The notes beneath the pieces are model-generated. The model was not told the origin of the DNA and did not search any database. It saw only the letters and a list, made by a program, of their open reading frames with translations. Position numbers and translations under genes: made by a program. From Candidatus Latescibacterota bacterium (lineage in GTDB: Bacteria; Latescibacterota; UBA2968): DNA of 64,000 bases. Location of the stretch: NCBI GenBank assembly GCA_965198115.1, contig OZ240241.1:608001-672000 (forward strand), read 5' to 3'. Shown in pieces: positions 38,295 to 47,224 of the stretch (position 1 is its first letter; every line of letters starts with the position of its first letter).

Positions 38295-38756
38295 CTATGT
38301 CTCATCAACAACACATTCACAAGTTTCGTTTCCCATGAACCACACTCTGCGAAAACGACCAGTGTCACTACTGAATGAATCTTGAATTGAAGGAATACTC
38401 ATGTCTGGCGGCTGCACGCCGTCTGTGTAGAAAAGAAGCTCGATTGGATAGTCAGTCCGGTAGTTCTTAGATTTTTTTATTTTCTTCCTTGCGATTTCAG
38501 GTACAGGATTACCCGACCGAGTATAGTTCGATACACCCCCCGTCGAAAGTGCATGAGAAATCGCGCTATCAATTTCTGGGGAACAAACTTCAGCGAGTTC
38601 GAACGCAACGCATTCACCAGACACCTTGCAGAGAATGTCGGGCTCCGGAGGATCGCATTTCCTGATTGATTGGCGATCAATCGGCAAACCCGAGCGACTT
38701 ATAAAATCCTCGAATACTTGCAACTCTCTTGCTGCCTTTTTTTCATCATCACTCAT
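38295..38756 (-). CDS. Hypothetical protein, possible PD-(D/E)XK nuclease fold
   Basis: PPEPDILC...VAFELAE, low GC, downstream of cI. Confidence 0.6.
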   Translation of the reverse strand: MSDDEKKAARELQVFEDFISRSGLPIDRQSIRKCDPPEPDILCKVSGECVAFELAEVCSPEIDSAISHALSTGGVSNYTRSGNPVPEIARKKIKKSKNYRTDYPIELLFYTDGVQPPDMSIPSIQDSFSSDTGRFRRVWFMGNETCECVVDET

Positions 38757-39465
38757 TGCGGAAAACTCCTGTCGTTGCCTGTGAGGGTGTCACGCGCAGG
38801 ATCTGGATGGCGTTGTCGAGATTGTTCTGCGTCGCGGCCCAGTCGAGCGCGCCCCCCACGGCACAGGCGCATACTCCGAATTGTCGCTCACCAAAAGCCA
38901 CCCTCCATCCTCATCCTTCCCCGCCCGCTTCACGATCAGGCCCTGGTCGTTGATCACGACGTAGATTTCTGTTTCGAGCCGCGCCGCCCCTTTGCTGTTC
39001 CGTCCGCCGGACCGAGTGCGCCGCCTCTTGATCACCCGTTCCATCTCCATCGGCCAACTTTCGATCGGGTAAAACAGGATCGGACCTCTCGTCCGTCTCT
39101 GGATCGTCGCGCTTCATTTCCAAGAGCTGTTCCATAAGTTGCTGCAATTGATCGAATCGGTGAGTGTTTCGATCTGCCTGACGAGTCTGGGAGGCTACAA
39201 GCTGCATCAGCAGCTCAATGGCATCCGCATCTGGTCCTGGGCTCTTTTTGGATACCAGATCGACCCAGGGCTTCTTCCTGCCGATGCGAAATTCCAGGCC
39301 TAGCGCCGATGCCACCTCTGCTGCTCGTGACAATTTCGGATCATGTCCGAGCAGGATGCTTCGGATAGCGAGCCTGGGCAACCCCTTGACCGTAGCAGTC
39401 CCAGTGGCTGACCGACCGCCGAGAGCCTCTCGTATCATTTCTTGGAATTCATATAGTGCACTCAT
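38753..39465 (-). CDS. CI-like repressor (HTH ORF 38911..39465) with a deleted and frameshifted S24 peptidase remnant
   Basis: HTH ...HDPKLSRAAEVASALGLEFRIG. IYVV...LIVKRAGK...WLLVSDN is out of frame. Divergent from the cro-like gene. Confidence 0.7.
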
Positions 39466-39546
39466 CGTATAAAATATAGTACAAGGGCCGCGGTGAACAT
39501 AAGAAAACCCTCGACAACCTGTATCGTTTATGATATAATCTATCTC
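39466..39546. promoter_or_regulatory. Immunity region with divergent promoters
   Basis: On +: TCGACA-17bp-TATAAT (39511-39539) with extended TG. On -: TATATT 7 nt before the cI ATG. Confidence 0.7.
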
Positions 39547-39807
39547 ATGCAAGATACAATTCAGGTTCGCCGACTGGCTCAGAGGTACGCGGGTGCTCGC
39601 AGAATAGCACTCTCGACCCTTGGGCGTATCGCAATCAAGAATTCCAGTTTTTTTGATCGGCTTGACAGCGGACACGTGACCATCCGTTCGGTCGATCGGA
39701 TGGTTCAGTGGTTTTCGGACAATTGGCCAGAGGGGTTGGAGTGGCCTTCAGACATCGCGCGTCCGGCGCCCACGGCGGAGGCTGAGGCGGTGGAGGAGGG
39801 GGTGTGA
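39547..39807 (+). CDS. Cro-like protein
   Basis: STLGRIAIKNSSFFDRL...WFSDNWPEGLEWPSDIARP, divergent from cI. Confidence 0.75.
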   Translation: MQDTIQVRRLAQRYAGARRIALSTLGRIAIKNSSFFDRLDSGHVTIRSVDRMVQWFSDNWPEGLEWPSDIARPAPTAEAEAVEEGV

Positions 39808-40137
39808 GCGTAGAAATGTCGCAGGAGCTATCGACCGGGCTGTCTGAAGCGTTCGGAAGGAAAGTCGATATCGCGGACCTGGATACGACGGAACTGACGG
39901 GGTGGATTCGGTATCTCCAGTTGGCTAGGCATCCTGATCCTGATCGAAGGCCTCGCGAACGATCCGAATGTACCTAAGGAGCTCCTCGGCCTCCTCGTGG
40001 TGGCCAGTTTCTTCTGTCGCAACGGCGACAAGCGCAAGTCCAAAAGCGTATTGATTTTCTTCCCAATGGATTTGGCCCACCCTGATCGGGGCCGTCTCAG
40101 TGGGAGCGAAATAACAGGAGAAGGTATCGGAAACCCG

Positions 40138-40437
40138 ATGAGGCCGAAGATATCCCGTGAGCACGGGCGTATGGAGCTGCACGTCCACGGGGGTACGGTG
40201 CGGCTGGTGTTGGAGAACGTCAACCGTGAAGGCGATCACTGGCTGACGTTGGAGCACGGTGTTGGTTCCAGCGCCTCAGTGATCGGTTATCTGCGTCTGA
40301 AGCCTATCGCTGGTGATCGGCATACGTTCGAAGTAGCTGAAGTACGCCCGGCGTGTGGGCCACTGCTTCATTTTCCAGGCGAGTCACCAGCCCCAACCGA
40401 ACGGAGGCCAATGAAGCGCGGTGGAGGGGCTCCGTGA
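40138..40437 (+). CDS. Hypothetical phage protein, paralog of 40812..41054
   Basis: Shares LENVNREGDxWLTL and FEVA with the paralog. Confidence 0.5.
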   Translation: MRPKISREHGRMELHVHGGTVRLVLENVNREGDHWLTLEHGVGSSASVIGYLRLKPIAGDRHTFEVAEVRPACGPLLHFPGESPAPTERRPMKRGGGAP

Positions 40438-40494
40438 AGGTGGACGGCGGGCGTCACCGTTTCCAAACATAGTCAAGAGGACGTCGGAGCAAAG

Positions 40495-40815
40495 ATGTCT
40501 ATGACCGCAACCCAGGAGCTGTTGTGTGCGATCCGCGAGACGCTGGTGTGGGAGAAGCCGTTTGTCACGCCCCGTGAGGCTTCAGACGACCAGGGTGTGG
40601 GGATGCTTCCCTGGTCTCAGCGGACGATCGAGCAGATGTGTCGTGACGGAGAGATTCCGGCGCGTAAGAAACGTGGGAAGTGGATGCTGTGTCCGAGCGA
40701 GATCGCTGCGTGGATCGGGCGTCTTCCGCCGAACGTGAGCGCGCGGCGGATCGCGGCCAGCGCGCAGGCGGACGACATTTTGGGTCGGTTGAGGCGAGAG
40801 CGACGGGTGGGATGA
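40495..40815 (+). CDS. Excisionase-like HTH protein
   Basis: TPREA...RTIEQMCRDGEIPARKKRGKW. Confidence 0.75.
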   Translation: MSMTATQELLCAIRETLVWEKPFVTPREASDDQGVGMLPWSQRTIEQMCRDGEIPARKKRGKWMLCPSEIAAWIGRLPPNVSARRIAASAQADDILGRLRRERRVG

Positions 40816-41054
40816 GGAGCCGTCCGGTCAACGCAGATGTGAAGGAGAGGTGGCCTTTGGAGAACGTCAACCGCGAAGGCGATCAGTGGCTGACGCTGAT
40901 CGACGAGCACGCGAGGCCAATCGGTCAGCTGCGATTGCGGCTCATTGATCCGAACTGTCGAGGGTGGTTCGAAGTAGCAGGGCGTTATTGGGGAGCGCCG
41001 GGTTTAACGTCCGTCGGAATCAGAGCGTCGGAGTTAGGGTATGTCGCTCGATAG
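40812..41054 (+). CDS. Hypothetical phage protein, paralog of 40138..40437
   Basis: ATGA overlap with the upstream gene and a shared 42-bp block. Confidence 0.5.
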   Translation: MRSRPVNADVKERWPLENVNREGDQWLTLIDEHARPIGQLRLRLIDPNCRGWFEVAGRYWGAPGLTSVGIRASELGYVAR

Positions 41055-41064
41055 GTGAAATTTG

Positions 41065-41168
41065 TGGACAGAAAGCCGGAGGCGTCGCCGGAGAGTGTTC
41101 GCGTGGGGGCGAACAACCCAAACAGGGGAGAGGGAGCTCCTCCGGCAACGCCTCCGGCTTTCTGTCCA
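41065..41168. ncRNA. Candidate structured RNA (29-bp stem enclosing a hairpin and a purine-rich loop)
   Basis: tggacagaaagccggaggcgtcgccggag ... ctccggcaacgcctccggctttctgtcca. Confidence 0.5.
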
Positions 41169-41198
41169 ACTGAGGGATTTTGAGAAAAGGAGAAAGGG

Positions 41199-42647
41199 AT
41201 GATGGGTCAGGATGTTTTGGGTGTGCACTTGATCCGTTGGTCTGTCGCCGGGTTAGGTCCGATCAAGAACAAGGTATCGATCGAGGTGGGTGATCGGTCG
41301 ATGCTGCGGATCGGTGGGGTGAACGGATCGGGCAAGACGAGTCTCTTCGATGGGATCCGTCTGGTTCTGCTGGGTGAGCGGATCGACCCCCGCGAGATCA
41401 TCCACCACGGGAAGCGCCGCGCGGAGGTCGATGTCGATACGGACTGCTTCTACGCCAAGCGCGAGTGGTGGAGCGAAGGCGATGGCACTGTCCGCACGGA
41501 CTCGTCGATCGTTTCGAAGATGGGTGCGAAACTTGGCAAGCGCGATCTGTCACGACTGCTCAGCCCGACTCTGTTCAGTCCCAGGAAATTTGCCGATCTC
41601 CCAAATAGCACCGAAGGGCGTCGGCAATTGACGGACATGATCAGGGCATCGCTGGCCCTGGATTTCTCGGACCTCGACCAACAGATCGCCAACGTCAGGC
41701 AACTGGCAAAGCGGCTGCGCGAGCAGAAAGAGCAGGCAGAAGGCGAGCGGAAGAGTCTGTCCTGGCCCGAGGACACGCCGGAAAAGACCGTCGACATCAA
41801 GGCGCTGCTCGAGACGCAGAGGCAGATCCGCAGCCGGAACCAGCTCGCCGATTCGGTCAAGGGGATTGAGGAGGACCTGGTCGGCCTCGAAAAGCGCGAG
41901 GCCGGACGTTCGGAGCTCGATGCTGCGTGGCGATTGGTCAATGACTCTGTCGCTGAAGTCGATCGACTTCGCGAAGAACTCCGCGAGGCCGAGGACCGGC
42001 TGGCCAGGGCACGCGGGCGTGCGGCCGAACTCAAGCAAGTCGTCCCTGACGTGGTCGCCGTTACGGACATGCGAACGGTGCTCGAGAATACCAGAGAGAT
42101 GCTGGCCACTGCCGACGCGACGCTCGGCCCGAATCCTCCCGCAGAAGAAGAGATCGAAGTCCAGATCGGGTCGGCCGAGGAGGTCAATATCGCCGTGCGT
42201 GCCCGCGCTCGCGCTGCCGATCTGGACGTCAAGATTCGGGAGTTCGATAAGGGGATCAAAGACGCCAGGAACCAGGTCGGTGGATTTGAGAACGACAAGG
42301 GGGCCCGGCTGCAAGAGAACAGCCGCGGCATCGAAGGGCTCGACGTCGATCAGTTCGGCTTGCGCTATCTGGGCGCCCCCATCGAACAGGCTTCCACGGC
42401 GCAGCGCTTGGCGCTCGGTTGCGAGATCGCAGCTGTGGCCGGCGGGGATCTTCGGATCTGCTTCCTCGAGGAGGCCGCGCTATTCGACGACGAGATGATG
42501 GCCTTGGTGGAACAACGTGCACGCGAACGGAACTTCCTGGTCTTGGCGGAAGTTGCAACGCGGACCATAGAAGGCGACGACCGGACCGAGTGGGTGCTCT
42601 CTGACGGCGAGCTGGTGAAGGCACCGCCGGAGGGTGTATCGGCGTGA
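41199..42647 (+). CDS. SMC/Rad50-like AAA ATPase
   Basis: GVNGSGKTS Walker A, long coiled coil, ASTAQR signature, FLEEA Walker B. Confidence 0.85.
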   Translation: MMGQDVLGVHLIRWSVAGLGPIKNKVSIEVGDRSMLRIGGVNGSGKTSLFDGIRLVLLGERIDPREIIHHGKRRAEVDVDTDCFYAKREWWSEGDGTVRTDSSIVSKMGAKLGKRDLSRLLSPTLFSPRKFADLPNSTEGRRQLTDMIRASLALDFSDLDQQIANVRQLAKRLREQKEQAEGERKSLSWPEDTPEKTVDIKALLETQRQIRSRNQLADSVKGIEEDLVGLEKREAGRSELDAAWRLVNDSVAEVDRLREELREAEDRLARARGRAAELKQVVPDVVAVTDMRTVLENTREMLATADATLGPNPPAEEEIEVQIGSAEEVNIAVRARARAADLDVKIREFDKGIKDARNQVGGFENDKGARLQENSRGIEGLDVDQFGLRYLGAPIEQASTAQRLALGCEIAAVAGGDLRICFLEEAALFDDEMMALVEQRARERNFLVLAEVATRTIEGDDRTEWVLSDGELVKAPPEGVSA

Positions 42648-43579
42648 ATTCCAAAACCCCCGACCTCGATGAAGGTGTTCACGCAGGCCTCGACGAAGGG
42701 ACGTATCTCGCGCTGCCTTATGCCAGCCAGTCGAGGCTTCGCACGCTGGCCAGACACTCCCCAAAGCGGATGCGCTACGAGATGGCGCATCCCGGCGATT
42801 CGACCGACGCGCAGATCCTCGGCTCGGCGATCGACGTGGCAGTCCTCGAGCCCGATCTGCTGGACTCCCGATACGCGGTCGCGCATCAGTGTGAGGCCTT
42901 TACCAAAGGCGGCGATCGTTGCAAGAACATAGGCGCTGCCCGCTACGACGGGGAGCACTGGTTCTGCAACGTCAAGAGCCATCCGCCTACCGGGATCCTC
43001 CGGGACGACATCACGGCCCTCTCGCCGGCCGACTGGAACACGTGTGTCGACCTTCGGGATCTGTGCCGCGTTCACCCGGCCGCACAGCGTCTCCTGGCTG
43101 GCGAGCGCAAGAAGCTGGTGGCGATCTGGATCGATCCCGAAACAGGCGTGAAATGCAAAGCCGAATTCGACGTCCTCGACGACACGGAAACCTTCATCAC
43201 GGATCTCAAGTCGACGCTCGATGCATCCGATGAAGGTTTCCGCCGAGAGATCGATCGCTGGAAGTATCACTGGCAAGGCGGGTTCTATGTGCAGGGGGCG
43301 AACATTCTCGGCTTTTCGGTAGAACACTACGCGATCGTCGCGGCAGAGAAGGGAACGCCGGTCGACGTCAACTGTTTCGAGCTCTCGGGCGAGGCGCTCG
43401 ACGCCGGCTGGAAGGAGCTGCGGGTTGCCTTGAAGCGGTGGGCGTGGTGCCAAGAGGAGGGGGAGTGGCCGGGATACGATCTGGGCGTGAAGGAGATCAG
43501 CCTTCCTCCGTGGGCCTGGAAACAGATCGAGGAGCGTGTGTCGAAGGCTGAAGCGGCAGAAGAACTGGAGGTAGCCTGA
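42644..43579 (+). CDS. RecE/exonuclease VIII-like PD-(D/E)XK nuclease (DUF3799-like)
   Basis: WIDPETGVKCKAEFD...TDLKST...YHWQGGFY...WPGY. Confidence 0.85.
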   Translation: MNSKTPDLDEGVHAGLDEGTYLALPYASQSRLRTLARHSPKRMRYEMAHPGDSTDAQILGSAIDVAVLEPDLLDSRYAVAHQCEAFTKGGDRCKNIGAARYDGEHWFCNVKSHPPTGILRDDITALSPADWNTCVDLRDLCRVHPAAQRLLAGERKKLVAIWIDPETGVKCKAEFDVLDDTETFITDLKSTLDASDEGFRREIDRWKYHWQGGFYVQGANILGFSVEHYAIVAAEKGTPVDVNCFELSGEALDAGWKELRVALKRWAWCQEEGEWPGYDLGVKEISLPPWAWKQIEERVSKAEAAEELEVA

Positions 43580-44388
43580 TGGAACTCGTCGAAAGCGACG
43601 TGGGTCCGATCGAAAGCAGTCTGGACATCAGCGGCGGGACGCTCGATCGACTGATTTCGAAAGCCCAGCAGTCGCCGCGCGACATAGTGGCCTTCGCTCA
43701 AACGGTGGAGGCATCGGTCCTTCGCGATGACAAGGTCGCAGGGGATTGTCTCTTTGGTCTGCCTCGCGGAGGAAAGATGATCGAGGGTCCGAGCGTCCGT
43801 TTGGCAGAAATCCTCGTTCCGGCCTGGAAGAACGTGATGGCCGACGTGCAGGCCCTCCCTGTCGGGCCCCGAGACACCGAGGTCACATCCGTGGCCACGT
43901 TCATCGATTTAGAAAACATCGTGGCCATCCGGATCGCGACCAAGCGACGGATCACGGACAAAGGTGGCCATCGCTATTCGGACGACATGGTGGTGATGAC
44001 GCAGAACGCGAACAACGCGATCGCCTTCAGGAACGTCGTGTTCAAGGGCATCCCCCAGGCGCTCTGGTGGTCGATCTACGAGAAGGCTCGTGTCAAGGCC
44101 CTGGGCGAAGGCGGGACGATTCCGCAAAAACGCCAGGCGATGCTGGACTGGTTCGGCAAGCTGGGCGTTGAGCCTGCTCAGATCCTCACCCGCCTGAAGG
44201 TTGCAGGAACGTCTGACATCAGTATCGACGAGCTCGTGACACTCAAAGGCCTCGGAAACGCGATCAAGGAAGGTGAGATCACTGTTGAGCAGGCTTTCGC
44301 TGGTGGGGCCGTACTTGGCGCGCCGCCCGACGACGGATCCCTGAACCAGCGTCTTGAGAAGGAGAAGAATGGGGACGGCGGGCAGTAA
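43579..44388 (+). CDS. Putative single-strand annealing protein
   Basis: PRGGKMIEGPSVRLAE motif, in the RecT position after the exonuclease. Confidence 0.55.
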   Translation: MELVESDVGPIESSLDISGGTLDRLISKAQQSPRDIVAFAQTVEASVLRDDKVAGDCLFGLPRGGKMIEGPSVRLAEILVPAWKNVMADVQALPVGPRDTEVTSVATFIDLENIVAIRIATKRRITDKGGHRYSDDMVVMTQNANNAIAFRNVVFKGIPQALWWSIYEKARVKALGEGGTIPQKRQAMLDWFGKLGVEPAQILTRLKVAGTSDISIDELVTLKGLGNAIKEGEITVEQAFAGGAVLGAPPDDGSLNQRLEKEKNGDGGQ

Positions 44389-44542
44389 CGGGAGTCGGAT
44401 CAGAACATAGCTCGCCGCGCGAAGGAACGCACCAGGACGAAGGGTAGTTGCTCCCCGCCGTTCTTCTCCCTGGATCTTCCCACCGGCAGCCGGGCTTTCC
44501 CCTGCTCGGCTGCCGACCCCCAACCCTACGAGAGGAACACCG

Positions 44543-44974
44543 GTGTCCGATTTCGATCTGACCCAGATCAAGGCACGTCCAGGCGAGAAGACCGACGTCC
44601 GCTTTTTCGACGAGAACAGCGTCGGGGGCAATGGCGACTACGACTCGAAGAAATCTGCCGACCCTCCGCGCCCCGAGCTCTACAATGCGATGAACGCGCT
44701 CGTTCCGTTCGCCTGCGAGACGCTGGGGCTCCCCGAGTCCTACGGGACGGGCATGGAGATCGTCGACGTGAAGGTCTGCAAACGCGACGAGGGCGAGAGC
44801 CTGATCATCAAGTTCACAAAAACGATCGACGACGAGGAAGAAATCGACTGGTCGCCAAGGGTCCCCCAGGTGCCCGTGGAGTCTGCCGAAGTCACGGAGA
44901 TCGTGAACCGGATCCGGGAAGAAGCCAGCCTCTTCGTCCAAGGCAAACGCGTTCAGCAGGAGCTGGCACTTTAA
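44543..44974 (+). CDS. Hypothetical phage protein
   Basis: RBS gagg with GTG start, acidic 143-aa ORF. Confidence 0.65.
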   Translation: MSDFDLTQIKARPGEKTDVRFFDENSVGGNGDYDSKKSADPPRPELYNAMNALVPFACETLGLPESYGTGMEIVDVKVCKRDEGESLIIKFTKTIDDEEEIDWSPRVPQVPVESAEVTEIVNRIREEASLFVQGKRVQQELAL

Positions 44975-44976
44975 GC

Positions 44977-45270
44977 ATGAAGAACAAGGCCGGGTATCCC
45001 TTCGAACAGGGCCTTCCTGTCAAAGTCGTCCTGCGTCTTCTCCACGCAGACTTCACCAAGGCCGACTACAAGCTCTACCTCCAGACTCCTCACTGGAAGA
45101 ACATGCGCAAGGAGGTTTTCGCCATTCAGGGTTCGCAGTGTCGAATGTGCGGGACCCGGAAGAACCTGCAGGTTCACCACACCCCCGCTGCGTACAAGCG
45201 ACTCTTTCGCGAGGATCCGAAGCGCGACCTCTCTCCGACGTGTAAGCGGTGCCACCGAAAGAACCACTGA
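44977..45270 (+). CDS. HNH endonuclease
   Basis: YLQTPHW...CRMCG...LQVHH...CKRCH. Confidence 0.85.
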   Translation: MKNKAGYPFEQGLPVKVVLRLLHADFTKADYKLYLQTPHWKNMRKEVFAIQGSQCRMCGTRKNLQVHHTPAAYKRLFREDPKRDLSPTCKRCHRKNH

Positions 45271-45277
45271 AAACATT

Positions 45278-46024
45278 ATGGCGGGGGACTGGATCAAGGT
45301 CGAACACGTGATGCCCGACAAACCCGAGGTCAGCCTACTGGCTGATGCTCTTGAGGTGAGCCACGACGAGGTCGTCGGCAAACTCGTTCGGTTCTGGATC
45401 TGGGTAGATCAGCAGTCCATTGATGGGCGGAATCTGCACGTCACGGAGGCTCTGATAGACCGGGTCACTTTTTGTCCCGGTTTTTGCGAAAAAATGCTCC
45501 AGGTTCGGTGGCTAAAGAGACGTAAACGGAGCGGTTTCATCGTTCCCAACTTCGACCGACACAACGGTAAGTCCGCTAAAAGACGGGTACTTAAGACACA
45601 ATGGAAGAGGGACAAAAGGTCGTCATCCAAAGACGACAATTTGGAGACAAAAGAGCGACCAGAGAAAGACTCTTCTCTCTCTCTTCTCTCTAAGGGTTCT
45701 GAAGTACCAGAGGGGGGTGTGGGGGGAGGGAAGCTGGACCCGCTCATCAAACCGCTTCAGGAGGCTGGCGTGCTTCTCCCGATCCCGAACAGTCTCCCTC
45801 GGGAAGAACGAGACCAGGTCCAAAACCGAGCGCTCGCGTTTGTTGACGAGCACGGACCGGAGAAGGCCGAGGAACTGATGCGATCGATCCTCGACGAGAA
45901 ACCGAAGACCCTGAACCAGGCGCTCTTCTTCATCGAACGGAGCCAAGATGCAGACCGTGGGCAGAGCGGTATCCCGCGAAGCGCGACAGGCGTCGCCACC
46001 TACGACGGTAGCCGATCCAGCTGA
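45278..46024 (+). CDS. Phage replication initiator
   Basis: MAGDWIK...KPEV...PNFDRHNGKSAKRR, upstream of the DnaC-like gene. Confidence 0.8.
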   Translation: MAGDWIKVEHVMPDKPEVSLLADALEVSHDEVVGKLVRFWIWVDQQSIDGRNLHVTEALIDRVTFCPGFCEKMLQVRWLKRRKRSGFIVPNFDRHNGKSAKRRVLKTQWKRDKRSSSKDDNLETKERPEKDSSLSLLSKGSEVPEGGVGGGKLDPLIKPLQEAGVLLPIPNSLPREERDQVQNRALAFVDEHGPEKAEELMRSILDEKPKTLNQALFFIERSQDADRGQSGIPRSATGVATYDGSRSS

Positions 46025-46847
46025 CCTGATCGAAGACGAGACCTTCTGTCGCGTCTGCTACAACAGCGGCGAGATCGTGCGCACCGACGGTCTCGAGCGA
46101 TCGAAGGTTCCGTTGACCGGCCTGCCTTGTCTCCGATGCCATCCGGAAAACTTCAACCCAGCCTTCGAGGCGAGGCGCCAGGAACGTCTCGACGAATCTC
46201 TCCAGCGGGCGCGGCTGCCGGTGAAGTATCACCACAAGACGCTGTTCGACTTCGTCGACGACCCAACTCGGCTGAGCCGCGTTCGGTTCGCTCCTGTTGT
46301 TGCCAGACGGATGAAGGATGGCCGTGATCGGTTCACGCGCGAAGAGATTCAGCGCATCGGCGAGTGGAAAGAAAAGCTTGAGGGATATATCGCGAACCTC
46401 CAGGAGAACCTGAACAACGGAATCGGCGTGACGATCTGGGGCGCGACGGGGTCGGGGAAGACGCTGGCTTTCAGCATCCTGACCAATGCGACCGTCAAGG
46501 GGGGACACTCTGTCGCCTTCGTTCCAGAAGAAACGGTCCTGGGCGCGTTACGGGGAACATACGACGACGCCAGCCTTGTCTCGGAAAACGAAATGCTCGA
46601 CACGCTGCGATCGGTGAAGGCCCTGATGATCGACGACCTCGGGATCCGAGCGACCGAATGGTCGACGTCGAAGTATCACGCGCTCATCGACCCACGCTAC
46701 GACGCAGGGCTACCGACGTTCGCCTGCACCAACCTCGAGCCCGATCGACTCGCAAAGGTATACCCGCGGCTCTCGAGTAGGCTCGCCCGCAACATCGAAA
46801 TCGCGATGAACGGTCCGGACCTCAGAGGATCGGAGCTCGACGTATGA
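45948..46847 (+). CDS. DnaC/IstB-like helicase loader ATPase
   Basis: Cys pairs, GATGSGKT, MIDDLG, RY...PTFACTNL, SRL. Confidence 0.88.
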   Translation: MQTVGRAVSREARQASPPTTVADPADLIEDETFCRVCYNSGEIVRTDGLERSKVPLTGLPCLRCHPENFNPAFEARRQERLDESLQRARLPVKYHHKTLFDFVDDPTRLSRVRFAPVVARRMKDGRDRFTREEIQRIGEWKEKLEGYIANLQENLNNGIGVTIWGATGSGKTLAFSILTNATVKGGHSVAFVPEETVLGALRGTYDDASLVSENEMLDTLRSVKALMIDDLGIRATEWSTSKYHALIDPRYDAGLPTFACTNLEPDRLAKVYPRLSSRLARNIEIAMNGPDLRGSELDV

Positions 46848-47224
46848 AGGTCACAGACCCTGGGGTCCAGCTCTACGCGCGGCAGCTGGGCGTCTCGCCC
46901 GAGTGGGCACTGCGCCGGCTCCAGTTCCAGCAGATCGGGCGGGAAACGAAGGACTACGACGATTCTACGATGCTCCCCGAGCTGTCGCCTTACGCGACGC
47001 GGATGCTCGGGCTTCACCTGGCGATGGACCAGGCGGATCGGATTCCCGGCACATCGCCTGTGCTCCGAAAGGAGCGCGAGGATCGCTTCGCCGAACTGCG
47101 AGAGCAAGCCGACTCGCTTACTGAGAAGATCATCTCGACGCACGGAATAGCCGGTCTCCGAAAAGTCGCCGGTGAGGTTCGCGAGCACGGGGAACGTCGA
47201 GCAGAGATGAAGGGAGCAGCGTAA
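46844..47224 (+). CDS. Hypothetical phage protein
   Basis: ATGA-coupled ORF. Confidence 0.65.
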   Translation: MKVTDPGVQLYARQLGVSPEWALRRLQFQQIGRETKDYDDSTMLPELSPYATRMLGLHLAMDQADRIPGTSPVLRKEREDRFAELREQADSLTEKIISTHGIAGLRKVAGEVREHGERRAEMKGAA

